Shown piece by piece: positions 11,596 through 33,451 of a stretch of 64,000 nucleotides of DNA (positions are counted from its first letter, which is position 1; each line of letters begins with the position of its first letter). Origin of the DNA: Takakia lepidozioides. Its lineage: Eukaryota; Plantae; Bryophyta. The notes beneath the pieces were generated by a model. It was given only the letters and a program-made list of their open reading frames with translations, made no database searches and was not told the origin of the DNA. The position numbers were made by a program, and so were the translations under genes. The DNA lies in NCBI GenBank assembly GCA_030704615.1, contig CM060733.1, positions 43,710,001 to 43,774,000 of the forward strand, given 5' to 3'.

Positions 11596-12891
11596 ACTCC
11601 AGCTCAAGTTTATGGGTTTGGACCTTGGTCATGAAGGCACTTCTGCCACCATTGTTGAGCATAGCCCCTCAAATAGGTGGGAGCCCCACTCACCTGATCC
11701 TCGTCACTCAACTTGACCGCTCGGAAGTATTGCTCCAGCTCCAAGAGCCAGGTGTTGAGTGTCTTCTGATTTTGGACACCCTCGAAGGTGTCGGGTTCCT
11801 TAGGCTTTACCTTAAACTTCGCCTTAGTGGAAGTGGCATTTGCCGCCCTCATCACGTCTTTCAACGTCCCGCCAAACAGCACCAACAACCTTCCCAAAAG
11901 GCTACTAGCATGGGAGGCATCTGTTGGTCTGGCGGAGCCTCTGGAAAGTCCTCGGGCTCTGACTCCCCAAATTCCTCCCGTTCTTGAGCGGCCTCGCTTT
12001 CAGAAGCATAAATCGCCTCTTCCATTTGCCGCTTCGGTGACACGTCGCCCCCCGCCGGGCTCACCAGGATCATTGTCTTTTGGGCCGTTCCGCTTTTGCT
12101 TTGTCTTGCCCGATCCCATGGTGAGGCCGATCTCAAGGACGATCGTGTACTGAACTCTAAGCTCTGATACCAAGTGTCGCGCACCTCACTTCGGTAAGCT
12201 CCCCTTCAAGTCATAGTTACTCGCTTTGATGCGCGCGCGCCTAACTCCCAAACTGGCCGCTGGCCAACTCGGAGCTTCGGCTGCTCACCGGGACATAACG
12301 GTCCCCCTTTGCTCCTCCACAAGACCCTCGCTCACTTTGGGCCTAGTGGAAATTCCCTCTGGTTGTTGGCAGTCCGGAATAGCTCCCTACACCTTGGTCG
12401 CTTTCCGGCTCGCACGCTTACTCACTAGTTTTTGGTCACCAACGGGCTTGCACCGTTCTCGGGTTACTACTCCCTATATATACTTCTGTGACTGTCCGCG
12501 GGGGGTTTCACAACAACACCGTCCTTTTATGGCGAACCACCACGAAGACCCTTGACTCCCGGTGATGAGTCCCGGTCAGTCTTGGCCCGCCCACCACGGC
12601 CCCAATGGACCGTGATGAGTCCCAAGACTCCCACAACTCCCACCACAAGGTCTCCGCCCATGGTGAGTCCTATGCCACCCACTAAGACCCACTAAGCTAC
12701 CACCACCCCTCGTGGAACTACCCCCCGCAACCCGGTGTGCGGGGCTCCACCTAGTGAGTGCCTCTGCCTCCTTTAGTGCCTTGGGCACTCAAGGGTGCTT
12801 CAGCCCCCATACCTATTGTTGCCACTGCCCCACCACAGGGGCAGCCCCTCTTGTGTCCCGACCCGTGCCCTCAAGGCAAAGGGCCGCGACA
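11596..12891 (-). mobile_element. Ty3/Gypsy 5' LTR + PBS(Met) + truncated gag
   Basis: LTR 12175-12891 bounded by TGTCGCG...CGCGACA. PBS TGGTATCAGAGC (minus) at 12161-12172. gag KPKEPDTFEG...WLLELEQYF...TYLRGYAQQWW at 11610-11897. Confidence 0.9.
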
Positions 12892-14780
12892 CTTAGAGTC
12901 TTCTAACTCTTCTACCTTAGAGTTTCCACCCCGGATAGCTAAGGGATGATTGAGAATCCACTCAACATTTGGCAACCATACTGGGGAACTGATTCAAGAA
13001 CAACCATATGTGACATGACAGGCATCTGGTGGATCATGGAGAATGGAGAATTAAAGAATTTGATGTGAATCAAATTCCCTGTGTAACTGAGAAAGAAAGA
13101 TTGTCCAAATATTTCTTTCAGAAGTTCTTGGAATTGTCAGACGGTTGTAAGGAGAATATGATCAAGAGAGTGCATGATGCTGATCCAGGTTGGGGTCTGG
13201 AAAAGGAGTGATAAAGATTTATCAAGTGGCCTGTAAAGGGAGAGCTAGATGGTTACCAACACTAGTTTATGTGATAGCGTTGCTATCTATTGAACGAGTA
13301 GAGTTTGAAAGCTGGGAAGAGTCAGAGTGAACTTTTACATTCATATGCATGAAGAGCTTGAATTGGTAAAGAATTGGATTCCCAAGGATATCTTGTGGAT
13401 CAAGCTTACACCAAGAACAACCTTTTAGACCTGCCTTCCATATGGTTATATGGTAATTGAGTCTTTTAGTCTAGCCAATGATGCATTAAAGCTTGAAAGA
13501 AACCTAGGCATATACGAGAGGTACTACAGGAGAGAGTTTGTGGTATTGCCTCATGAAAGACATGAAAGACATGGGTCATGAGTGGTGAAAGGGGAGCAAG
13601 AATAAGAGAGATATACAGCAAAAAGATAAAGCTATTTAAAAGCTAACTATCCATATCTCTGGAAAGAGGAATAGACATAGGAGAATCGTCTGGACCTCTT
13701 ACTCCACCAAACCAGAGGGTACATCACCGTTGCTTGAAAATCTTGATCCAGATGCCACACTTCTTATTCTTTACAAGAAAGATTAAGGGAGTTGGTGCAA
13801 GAAGAAGGCCAACCACAGGAGGAAAGATCGGAGGTGCATCCCTGGATCAAGGATTTGACAAAAATCTTTGATCAGAGTTGGCACGGTAGACCAAGAGCAA
13901 GAACTCCAGTTTCTGATACACCAGCCAACGAGGGGGAGGAGGATGAGGAAGAGCCTGCTGAGAGTACAGACTCTCCAACGGCGACTCATTTAAGTTATAT
14001 TAGTGAGGAAGAAAAACTAAGTCGAAGACTTGGAAGATGAATGATATGAGGAGTAGAACCAACAACAACTGTTGATACTACCACTGGGACTGCCCAAACC
14101 ATTGTAGCAGGATCAAGTGATACACTTGAGTCACTGGCAAACAAAGGTGTCGGTTCAGGGGGATCAAGCGGACAGCTTGGATCGCCTTCTGGAGGGACAG
14201 GGAGTGCGGGAAGTAGTACAACATTAGCTGCGGCTACTACAAGTTCTCAAGGACCTACAACCGGATTTGGACCAACACCAGCCAGGGGCCGGTAATAGTA
14301 CAACAGATGGCAGCACGAGCTCCAACACATATGAGACCACTTTTCCCGATCTACTCAGGGAAAAAGGATCCTGATGTACACGTCAATCAATATGAGCACA
14401 TGTGTATAATGAACAATGAGAATGATGATGATAATGAGAATGATGATGATGCAAAGCTGAGATTATTCCTTGTTCACTTATCAAGAAAGCAATTGAGTGG
14501 TACGCTCGATTTCTTGATAACCATTTCCAACCTGGAATGCTCTTAGAACAACATTCCAGACCAAATTCAAGACAAGCAAAATCACGGAATAAGTGTACAG
14601 TAGCCTACAACAGTTGAGACAGAAGAAGCATGAAACTGTTGAGGAGTATCTGGAAAAGATGGAATTAATGATCAAGAAACTGGCTAATGTGCCACCTGCA
14701 AGTTTACAAAAGACCTGATTTGTAAATGGTCTGAGACCTGAGTTACAAAGGAAGGTGGATATGTTACCACATAATACAGG
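12892..14780 (+). mobile_element. Degenerate Gypsy-type internal fragment: extra ORF plus gag
   Basis: gag-like FPIYSGKKDPDVHV...AKLRLF...LQQLRQKKHETVEEY...FVNGLRPELQ at 14307-14780. 12892-13380 is homologous to 38374-38860. Confidence 0.7.
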
Positions 14781-15329
14781 CAATTACCTAGATGACGACG
14801 TTCAATGACACTACTTTTGGTGTTGACGAAAGGCGTCTTCCGAAGGGAGCGTAAATTATGGTGTCTCTTCACCACAAGGGCTACTGCTTCCAGATGAAAA
14901 GTGGACACCTTTATGACACACCAGACGGTGGTTTGAACCCACAACCACATCCAACATGGTATGTGCCCATTACCACTGGGCTACATGCTGGTTGTCGGTG
15001 TTGATGACTCTATTATCCCAAAAGAAGTATCGGCTTACATGAAGAAGATACCTGCCACTAGGGCTACATTTCAACGTGGATTTGAAGATCTATTTGTCCA
15101 TACTTGTTGGGGCCATTTGAGATAATGGGAACCTACACCCTTTTAGTAAAAGATAGCACCCAAATAAAACAAAAGAGAATGCGCTCTGACTTTTGAACCA
15201 AAAAAAAAAAAAAATTGTGTTTTTGGCGCACATATTAGTCCATAGGTCCCAAACGACAAAATATTTTGGCATTGTAAATTCATAATTAGAATGTTATCTA
15301 AATTGGCCCTCCCTATTCAAAATTGCAAA

Positions 15330-15852
15330 GCAATGGACCAAATGCACGTTGCGCGCGGAGTTGTTCAAGAAAGTCATGCACATGGCTTTCGAAAACCTTG
15401 TCATTCCACAACACCACGATACGTTGAGGTATGTCAATATACGTGGTGTGGGCTATCGTCATGGGGTTCGGAGGTTTTACTTTGGTGAATATGTTTATCT
15501 GCAGCAGACTGCTCTTACGATCCTAAATATGACTGCATGACGCATTATTTTGAGGGCTCGAGAGGTACTGTTGCCCGCAAGAGTCCTGATCTTGGAGGGT
15601 CGGGAGGGCATGACTTAAGAGGACCATGTGCGCAATTGCGCGCTATATCACCTTCCCAATGTCGATGGCAGGATTGATCCAAACTTGGCAGTGGTACTTG
15701 CGGGTTTGAGGTGCATGTTGTGTGGGTTTGCCAAAGGGGCCACCATGTTGGTGTGTGATCGATGCTCAAAAGATTGGCACATGGGATGTTTGACGCCACC
15801 TCTTGAGATGGCTCCTGATGAGGATTGGTTGTGTCCATGCTGCATTCAATAG
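15330..15852 (+). mobile_element. Retrotransposon integrase C-terminal tail with PHD finger
   Basis: ...RRFYFGEYVYLQ... then CMLC...MLVCDRCSKDWHMGCLTPPLEMAPDEDWLCPCC (C4HC3). Confidence 0.75.
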
Positions 15853-16999
15853 TGGTAATGGATGTAATCATTTAATGCTAACAAGAAACACAAGACTAAG
15901 CTACTATACGACCAATACACAAGATCCCTGGCTCAAGTTCATATATTGCAAGATGACGAGTAACGATCCAGGGCTATTATTGTACCCGACCTTTGATCTA
16001 TCGAGTTTGAGTATAAAAGGGACAGTGGTAGCTAACCTAGCGAGGCTGTGGCTATTATTATATCTTGTAGCTACTAGTTAGAGGGATCTAACCACCAGCA
16101 AGGAGACGATTGTGATGGACATTATGTGTGTCTTTTGTATGTGTTGTGTGGATTGGACAGCGATGTAGTTGTGTGGCGATATATATGCGCACGATAGCTG
16201 TCAAGTGATTTTTATACTAGTTAAATTGTAAAGCTAGCTAGTTTAATATTAGTGTAAAACTAGCTAAAAAAATAAATAATTTTTATATATTGATACTTGG
16301 GCTTCATCCAAATGTCAATCCAAGGATCAAGATATTTTTAAGCACTTGGGCGTGGTTATCCTCACCTTAGTCGTGCTCAAGCTTAGCTTTCTCGAGTTGA
16401 GCCTCCTGCATTTTGCTACTACGGTGCCGTGTGTGGAATCCCTAGAACTTGGGGTGCACTTGACTTGACTCATGTTATGAGGTTATGTGAGATGTGTAAG
16501 TTGTATTTCATTTGTGATGGACATAATGCGGGTCTTCTGCGTGCATTGTGTGGATTGGACAACGATATGTATGCACACACAACCCCTATGTTTAAATTCC
16601 CCAACACACGGCAAATTATCATTTGGCCACATCCAACATGGCTATTTTGGCAACACCCTCATCCTAGTTTGTGATAATATTGACATATTCAAAGTAATAA
16701 TAGACTTGTTATATATGCATGACATGTGACTTTGTTGACAGTCAGATCATCTTGTCCTAGTTTGAGGAAACCAATAGACGTTATGTATCCGCAGCATATG
16801 AATATGTGACAAAAAGACTGTGCCACTTAGTAGGCTTTCAACATCCCTAGATAAGAAAGCTCTCCCATAAAATAAGTGATTCTAAACTCAACCAGACCTC
16901 AGTTACTCCCTACAACAACTTGCTCCGGTTTGGCAGGTCTCCGCTATCAAGTCTGCAGCTAACCTTAAACATATCAGTTCTACCATACGTTCAGATACC

Positions 17000-27423
<10,424 letters not shown>

Positions 27424-27739
27424 TTCTCCCTCTCCCGAGATCACCGAAACACAGCAACATTCAATATGCAAAGATCCTTCGGCCGTCGCCTACGCAGCAG
27501 CCCGCGACCCTTCAGTCTTGAAGCTTCTTTTCCCCGAATTTTAATCTGCTTTCCACCTCCCTCTGAACCCTAAGCTCTCCGGGTCAAAAAGGGCCAGGTT
27601 AAGGGACCTTAACGGATAAAGCAGGTTTACCGTTTCTCGTCTACGTATGCAGCGTCAAAAGCCTCCACCCGGGAAACCTTCAAAAAAATTCTCTTTGTAT
27701 TTTCGGGGAGGTTATATAGCATAGCATGATCTAATGGTA

Positions 27740-28290
27740 GAAACAACCTTCCGTAAGGTATTAAGCATATTTGCTTGGATTTTATGCAAGTTAAAAAACG
27801 ACGCACAACAATCTTCCGGAGGGTATACCAATATGTTTGGATTGAGCAATTTTAAAATTGTCATGAACAACCTTCCGACAAGTATTCATCGTGCATGACC
27901 TAATAATGGCATAAACAACCTTCCGTAAGGTATTAAATATATTTGTTTGGATTATGTGCAAGTTAAGAAATGATTTAAAAAATCTTCCGGAGGGTATCCC
28001 AATATGTTTGGATTGAGCAATTTAAAATTTGACATGAACAACCTTCCGGCAGCTATCCATCGATCATAACTCAATGACAGGAATAACCTTCTATTAGGTA
28101 AATATATTTGTCTAAATTCTGCTTAATTGAAAAATTGACAAGCACAACCCTATGGAGGGTATAATAACATAGAGGAATTTTCAAAACTAGGAACAACCTT
28201 TCGACAGGTCACACCATCAAACAAGACTCAATGATAAACCTTAAGTAAGGTAAAACTATTTATTGGGATTATATTCAATTTGAAAATGAG
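27740..28290. repeat. Degenerate ~172-bp tandem repeat built of AACAACCTTCCG subunits
   Basis: Units start ~27741, ~27913 and ~28082. Each has three subunits. Confidence 0.85.
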
Positions 28291-29143
28291 CCTTGTTACT
28301 TTGAAAGAGATTATTTTCTCCTCTCACTATAATTAAGGGGCTTGATTTGTGAGCGGCCGCTCTATGGTGTTTCTGTTTCTAATATATTTTCTTAAAATAT
28401 GAGAAGTATAATTTTTGGTGAAATACTAGATATTAATCATACTTAGGGTATGGGTGGGAAGTAGGGGCAAGGCTAGGAAAAGGAAAGGCGGGCCCACGAG
28501 TTTTTAGAGGAGTGGCGAGCCAGTTTTGGCGAGCTAGACCAAGGCATGGAGTTGTTGGCCCCACATGTGTGGCCAAGCATGTGGAGCTTCGGGAGGTGCT
28601 GTGTGGGGGACTAGGGCGCATGGAGTGGTCAGCCCCACATGTGTGGCCAGGCGTGTGGAGCTTCGGGAGGTGCGCGGATGGGGGACCAAGGAGGAATAGT
28701 CATTACGACGTGGCTACCGAAAATTTGCGGGCGTCGCATGACATTTGTAGTAGCCGTTTACCTAAAATTAGCGGGGCCCGGGACACAAGAGGGGGCTGCC
28801 CCTATGATGGCGGCAACAGTGGCAGTAGGGGCCGAACGACCCCTCCCCTCACTATGTGGGGCCCCGCTATAGGGTTGCGGTGGGGGCTCCGAGTGGGGTG
28901 GTCGTAGCATAGGGAGTCGTAGTGGGGGTGATTGAGCAGATGACTTCTAAGTATGTAATTAAACATCGGAAAACTACACCTTATCACCCACGGGCTAATG
29001 GCCAGACTGAGAAGCACAATGGGTTGTTTATATGGGATTTTAACGAAGACAATTTCTGGTACTGGCCCCAGCGTTGAAATGGATTGCACAGTTCAGTATG
29101 TCTGTCTTCCCACTCTCTTTTTGGAGATCAATTCCTCATGGAT

Positions 29144-29600
29144 CTAATTCCCGCAAACAAATTCTGCCCAATTGAGTTGAAAACCTTGAAATGTTGATAC
29201 AACCACATTCGATTTTGACCGGGCTACATAAGTGGACACTTTCTTCATTGCCAATCGACTAACTGCGAACTTCATCCATTCCATTAACTCTGGCTTAAGC
29301 ACCTTGGCAACAGCCCAGCCTCCCGTCTGATTACATGCGGTGGAGCCCCCCTTGAAGTAATCATTGGGAACAAAAGACTCGTCCTTAAAACCATCAACAT
29401 CAAAACCGGCCTGAGACAATAGAAAGACTTTCGTGATAGTACGCACATCCACTAATATCTCAATGTTATTGACTGTTCCAGTCCTAGTAACAGGATCATA
29501 AGAATTATAGAATTGCATGACCGTGGCCATACTGGCCTTTGGCAGACTCTTCGCAGACAATAACGGTTGGAGTTATCAACCCATATAGCAGATCCGTACT
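29144..29600 (-). pseudogene. Retrotransposon accessory-ORF-like fragment
   Basis: 138-aa open frame (VMQFYNSYDP...NWAEFV) resembling plant retroelement extra ORFs. No firm family assignment. Confidence 0.4.
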
Positions 29601-29639
29601 CCAAGGCAGGTCTAATAACGCGGCAAAGCAAGGTTTTTG

Positions 29640-31250
29640 TTGACCTCAGAGTTAATTCTCTCTGCAGTGAAAAAATTTAGTGAGACTCAGTGCTTTGCCC
29701 TTGCCAGTTTGAACAACTTTCTGGATGTGTGCATCCCAATTACAGCTGGAGGAAAACTCAACGCCCAGGTATGTGTAGGAAGGGAGGACTGGGATCTCTG
29801 GCTACCCCACTGCCACTTAAGATCACTTCCTCCCTCTCCTCTGTCGTTGAATGCCACCACTGCACATTTACTGACATTAGCCTCTAGCCCCCAAAGATCA
29901 AAGTATCTCTTCGCGCAATCAATCAATTCCTGGAGGTTGGAAGGAGTCTCCCCTATGCCTGCGAAGTCATCCCGCAAACATAAGGGCTGGAATGGTGGCA
30001 TCACCCACCCTTAACCAAATCCGTCACGTTCCACATCCTCGAGGAGTGATTGATGAAAACATTGAAGAGCAGAGGGGAGACGGTACATCCTTGAGCTACA
30101 CCTTGGTCTATGTCAAAGAAGTTAGACTTCTGTCCATTAACAGTGACACAGCTTTTGGTGTGGGCATACAAGTTATGGACAACTTCCACCACGTTTTTCC
30201 CTTGATTCCGCAAGACAGAGGCGGAGCCATAGACCATCTCCCACACTGTGTCATAAGCCTTTTTGACATCCAAGAAAAAAACATAAGTGGGTTTCCCTGC
30301 TTTTTTCCTTCCCTGGATAATCTGGATTAGAGTGAAGATATGGTCCACACAGCCCCTGTTTCGCCGAAAGCCAGCTTGGCCTTCGTGAAAACAACCTCTA
30401 GATTCCAGATCAACCTCGAGACGAGTACTATAACTCTGCAAAATCTTGCCAACAGCATTGAGGAGCGTGATGCCACGATAGTTCCCCGGGTCTTCTCTGT
30501 CACCCTTCTTATATAGATTGACAATGACCCCCTGTTGCCAGCGAAAGGGGATCATTTCAGTCTTCCAGATAAGGTTAAAGAGGAGAACTAAGGCCTCTAT
30601 CATGGGATCGCCACCGTGCTTGATAAGCTCGTTGACTATGCCATCAGGACCACCTGCTTTATATCCATTTAGATGTTCAATTGCTTCCACAATCTCAGAA
30701 GAACTAATGGGAGCGTTGTAGGCTTTTGAAATATACTCCAGTTCATCAAGGCTGTTTCATAGGAACAGTTTTACCAACTGTGTCCTTCCATCAGAGGACC
30801 CTCACTATTAGACCTAGAAGTTCTGCCAAGGATACTGTAGTGGGTTTCAAAGGTTTTGACAATGTCAACCGATGAAGTTACCACTGCACCCTTAGTAGTC
30901 TTCAGCGCTTGTACTTGCTGACAGCTTTTCGGCTTGTACAAGCGTTGAAGGGCCAACCAGAATCTCTTGTCATTACCACCATGGTGGTTTGAGTTTATTT
31001 CACTGTATAACTTGTCCCAGTATAATTTCTTCTGAGCCCTTACAAGCAGATTGATATCTTTACGGATCTGGTAGTACCACTCGCCCACAATTTCTTTGTT
31101 GGTTTCAAATTGCAGCACTCTTATATAAAGGACTCGTCTCTCAGCTATCTTGGGTTTAATCTCATTGGTCCACCAATTAACAGCTCTACTGCAGACAATT
31201 ATTAGTTCCTCCCAATGATCTTGGCAGCCGCAGAGGAGGCGAAACTCTCC
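29640..31250 (-). mobile_element. LINE ORF2 (reverse transcriptase), degenerate
   Basis: KAGGPDGIVNELIK, NYRGITLL, QAGFR, FLDVKKAYDTV, GVAQGCTVSPLLFN, (xx)DDFAGI, ANVSKC. Confidence 0.9.
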
Positions 31251-32519
31251 CAAGAATCCACTGCTCTTCGACTTCATTTCTTGCATTGTCTGCGCAAGAC
31301 TGAAGGTCTTGGAGTGAATGTCCATATAATAAGACCTGCTGTCTGCGTTGCTTAGTAAAGCCAAAGAGCTATCACTGTGCCCCAGTAGCAAAAGTTCTCA
31401 TCCTGAAACAGATTGAAGGCATAGAGACACAGAATGAAGGGCTCGTGGACAGATCACCCTCTGAGCATCGTGAAGACATGTACAAGCCTAGACGAGTTTT
31501 GGCAGAGAAAGGGAAGTCCATGCCTACCGTTGTTAACCGCAAGTGCAGAACTGGTTTGCGTCTGTCGTCAAGTGTCGAATAAGATGTACAACACAACACA
31601 CGGAAAAGGGTAAAGAGGAGTTTATACTCTTTCGGCAAATGCAACACACAGGGCTGTAGCTAAACAAGATTCAGCTTCTTGTGAAGGTCAACCAGAAAAG
31701 CATCCCGAAGGAACGTGTCAGCTTAACACCTCCGACAGAGGGACAACGCGAATCGAGAAAAGCTAGGTCTGTGACAGATGCCCGTTTGAGGTATTGCAGT
31801 ATTGATGTACATGCAGTCTGCGGGATGCATGCCACAATGCTCAACGAACAAGCACAATTTTTCTTGCAACGGCGACTTAGTCCAGTGTGCAACTTAGCCC
31901 TTAAAAGATCAAAGTATAATATCTCTCTTTGCAATCACATGAAGAGGAAACTCAATTTACAAAACCTTCTTGCCTGCGAGAAACACCAGCCATACAGTGG
32001 ACCAGCACACCGCCACTATTCCTCCCCCTCTCTATGAACTCCAGGCACGCCTCCAGAGAGTCCAGGAGATCCTGAGATTCGATGTCTTGTAGCGGAACCG
32101 TCATTCTCTCCAGCTTGGAGCTGCCTGCTTCATCATGCGCAGCCCGATTAACTCCATTCGTTCCCCATCCGGATCGGAAATGGAGGCGGATCTCTTAAAT
32201 TCCAGAGGATCAATGTTGGAGGAGATTAATGATAGCATGTGTGTCACTGGTGGGTGTGTTGCAGCCAACGCTGCTGCTGCATCAGTTATGTTGCCAATGA
32301 ACAAGCCCACCCGCACCTTCTTCATCTCCCCCTCTCTGTCCCTTCTCTCCCTCACAACGTCTTACTCTAACCTCCTGCCTTCTCATTAAGAGGATCCAAC
32401 TTTTTCGCGGTCACCTCTTCTCGGTATCAATGTCTGCCTCGCCTGCACGCACTGCCTGCAATCCAACCTATGGTTCACCAAAGGATTTTTATTTTTTATT
32501 TTTTTGGTTTAACCCTTAA

Positions 32520-33333
32520 CCCTTAAGTTCCCAAGCCCTTTTTGACTTTTTACCAATTTTGGGTACCCAGCTGCAGTAAATTGCCCCTATAAACCTACCA
32601 AGAATCATCCAGAGATTCCAGCCTTAGCAGTGGGCCCAGCTCATTCATGCATGACATACCAAAAATGAGCCAAGTCCACTGTGGAAATTGTGAGATTATA
32701 TAGCGTTGGCCGGGACCTCAAATATCAGGTCCCAAAGAAAAAGTGAGAAAGAAATTGGTTTGACCCAATCAAAACCTAGCTTTATCCAATTTTGCTTTTC
32801 CCCAAGACCCACCATTTCCAAATCAATAGTGGAGTGCCTATGACCCCACTAAATTGCAGGTCCAACTGATTTTTTCACCTATGCTTGCTATGCATGCAAT
32901 TACATGGGGTTGAAATCTCAAAATTGACAAGAGAAAATGTGCCTCCAAATGAAGTACTTTTTTTTCTACAAAAATTTTAATAGCCAATGTGGATGTGTGT
33001 ATGTAATGCTCACACACCACAAGTGAAGCGTTTTTTCCAAAATTGCTAATTTTCTGCCAAAATGGCCTTTGGAGTGCAATCTGTTTTGGGCTTGTTCACC
33101 TGCCACGTCAGCGGTCAACAAAGCCCTTTTCAGGCCCCAAAATGTAAATGAGAGATCTAAGATATTTTTGTAGGTCGTAGCTTTTTTTTTTTTAACTTGT
33201 TTTTTGCATCATACTGGAGACAAATCCCATGTCATTAAAGCTTCAGGAGTGGGCCCATCAGATTAGATCTGCAAAATTTGGTCAAACTGCAAATTCGAAG
33301 TGACCCGATTCAGGTTGCTTGGGAACTTAAGGG
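32520..33333. mobile_element. Non-autonomous piggyBac-like element (814 bp)
   Basis: Perfect 17-bp TIR CCCTTAAGTTCCCAAGC (32520-32536 / 33317-33333). TTAA at 32516-32519 and 33334-33337. Confidence 0.85.
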
Positions 33334-33451
33334 TTAAGCGCCAAGTGACAAAGTTTGACTTTTTCAAAAACAAGACCCCTGCGTAGGAAAAACCTCAGAA
33401 AATCTTGAAAACAAAAAATTTTAAGATTTTGACCGCACATTAGGTGTGTAC

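Noticed and set aside
14780-15130. Semi-open frame after gag
   Set aside because: Multiple stops and no recognisable domain.
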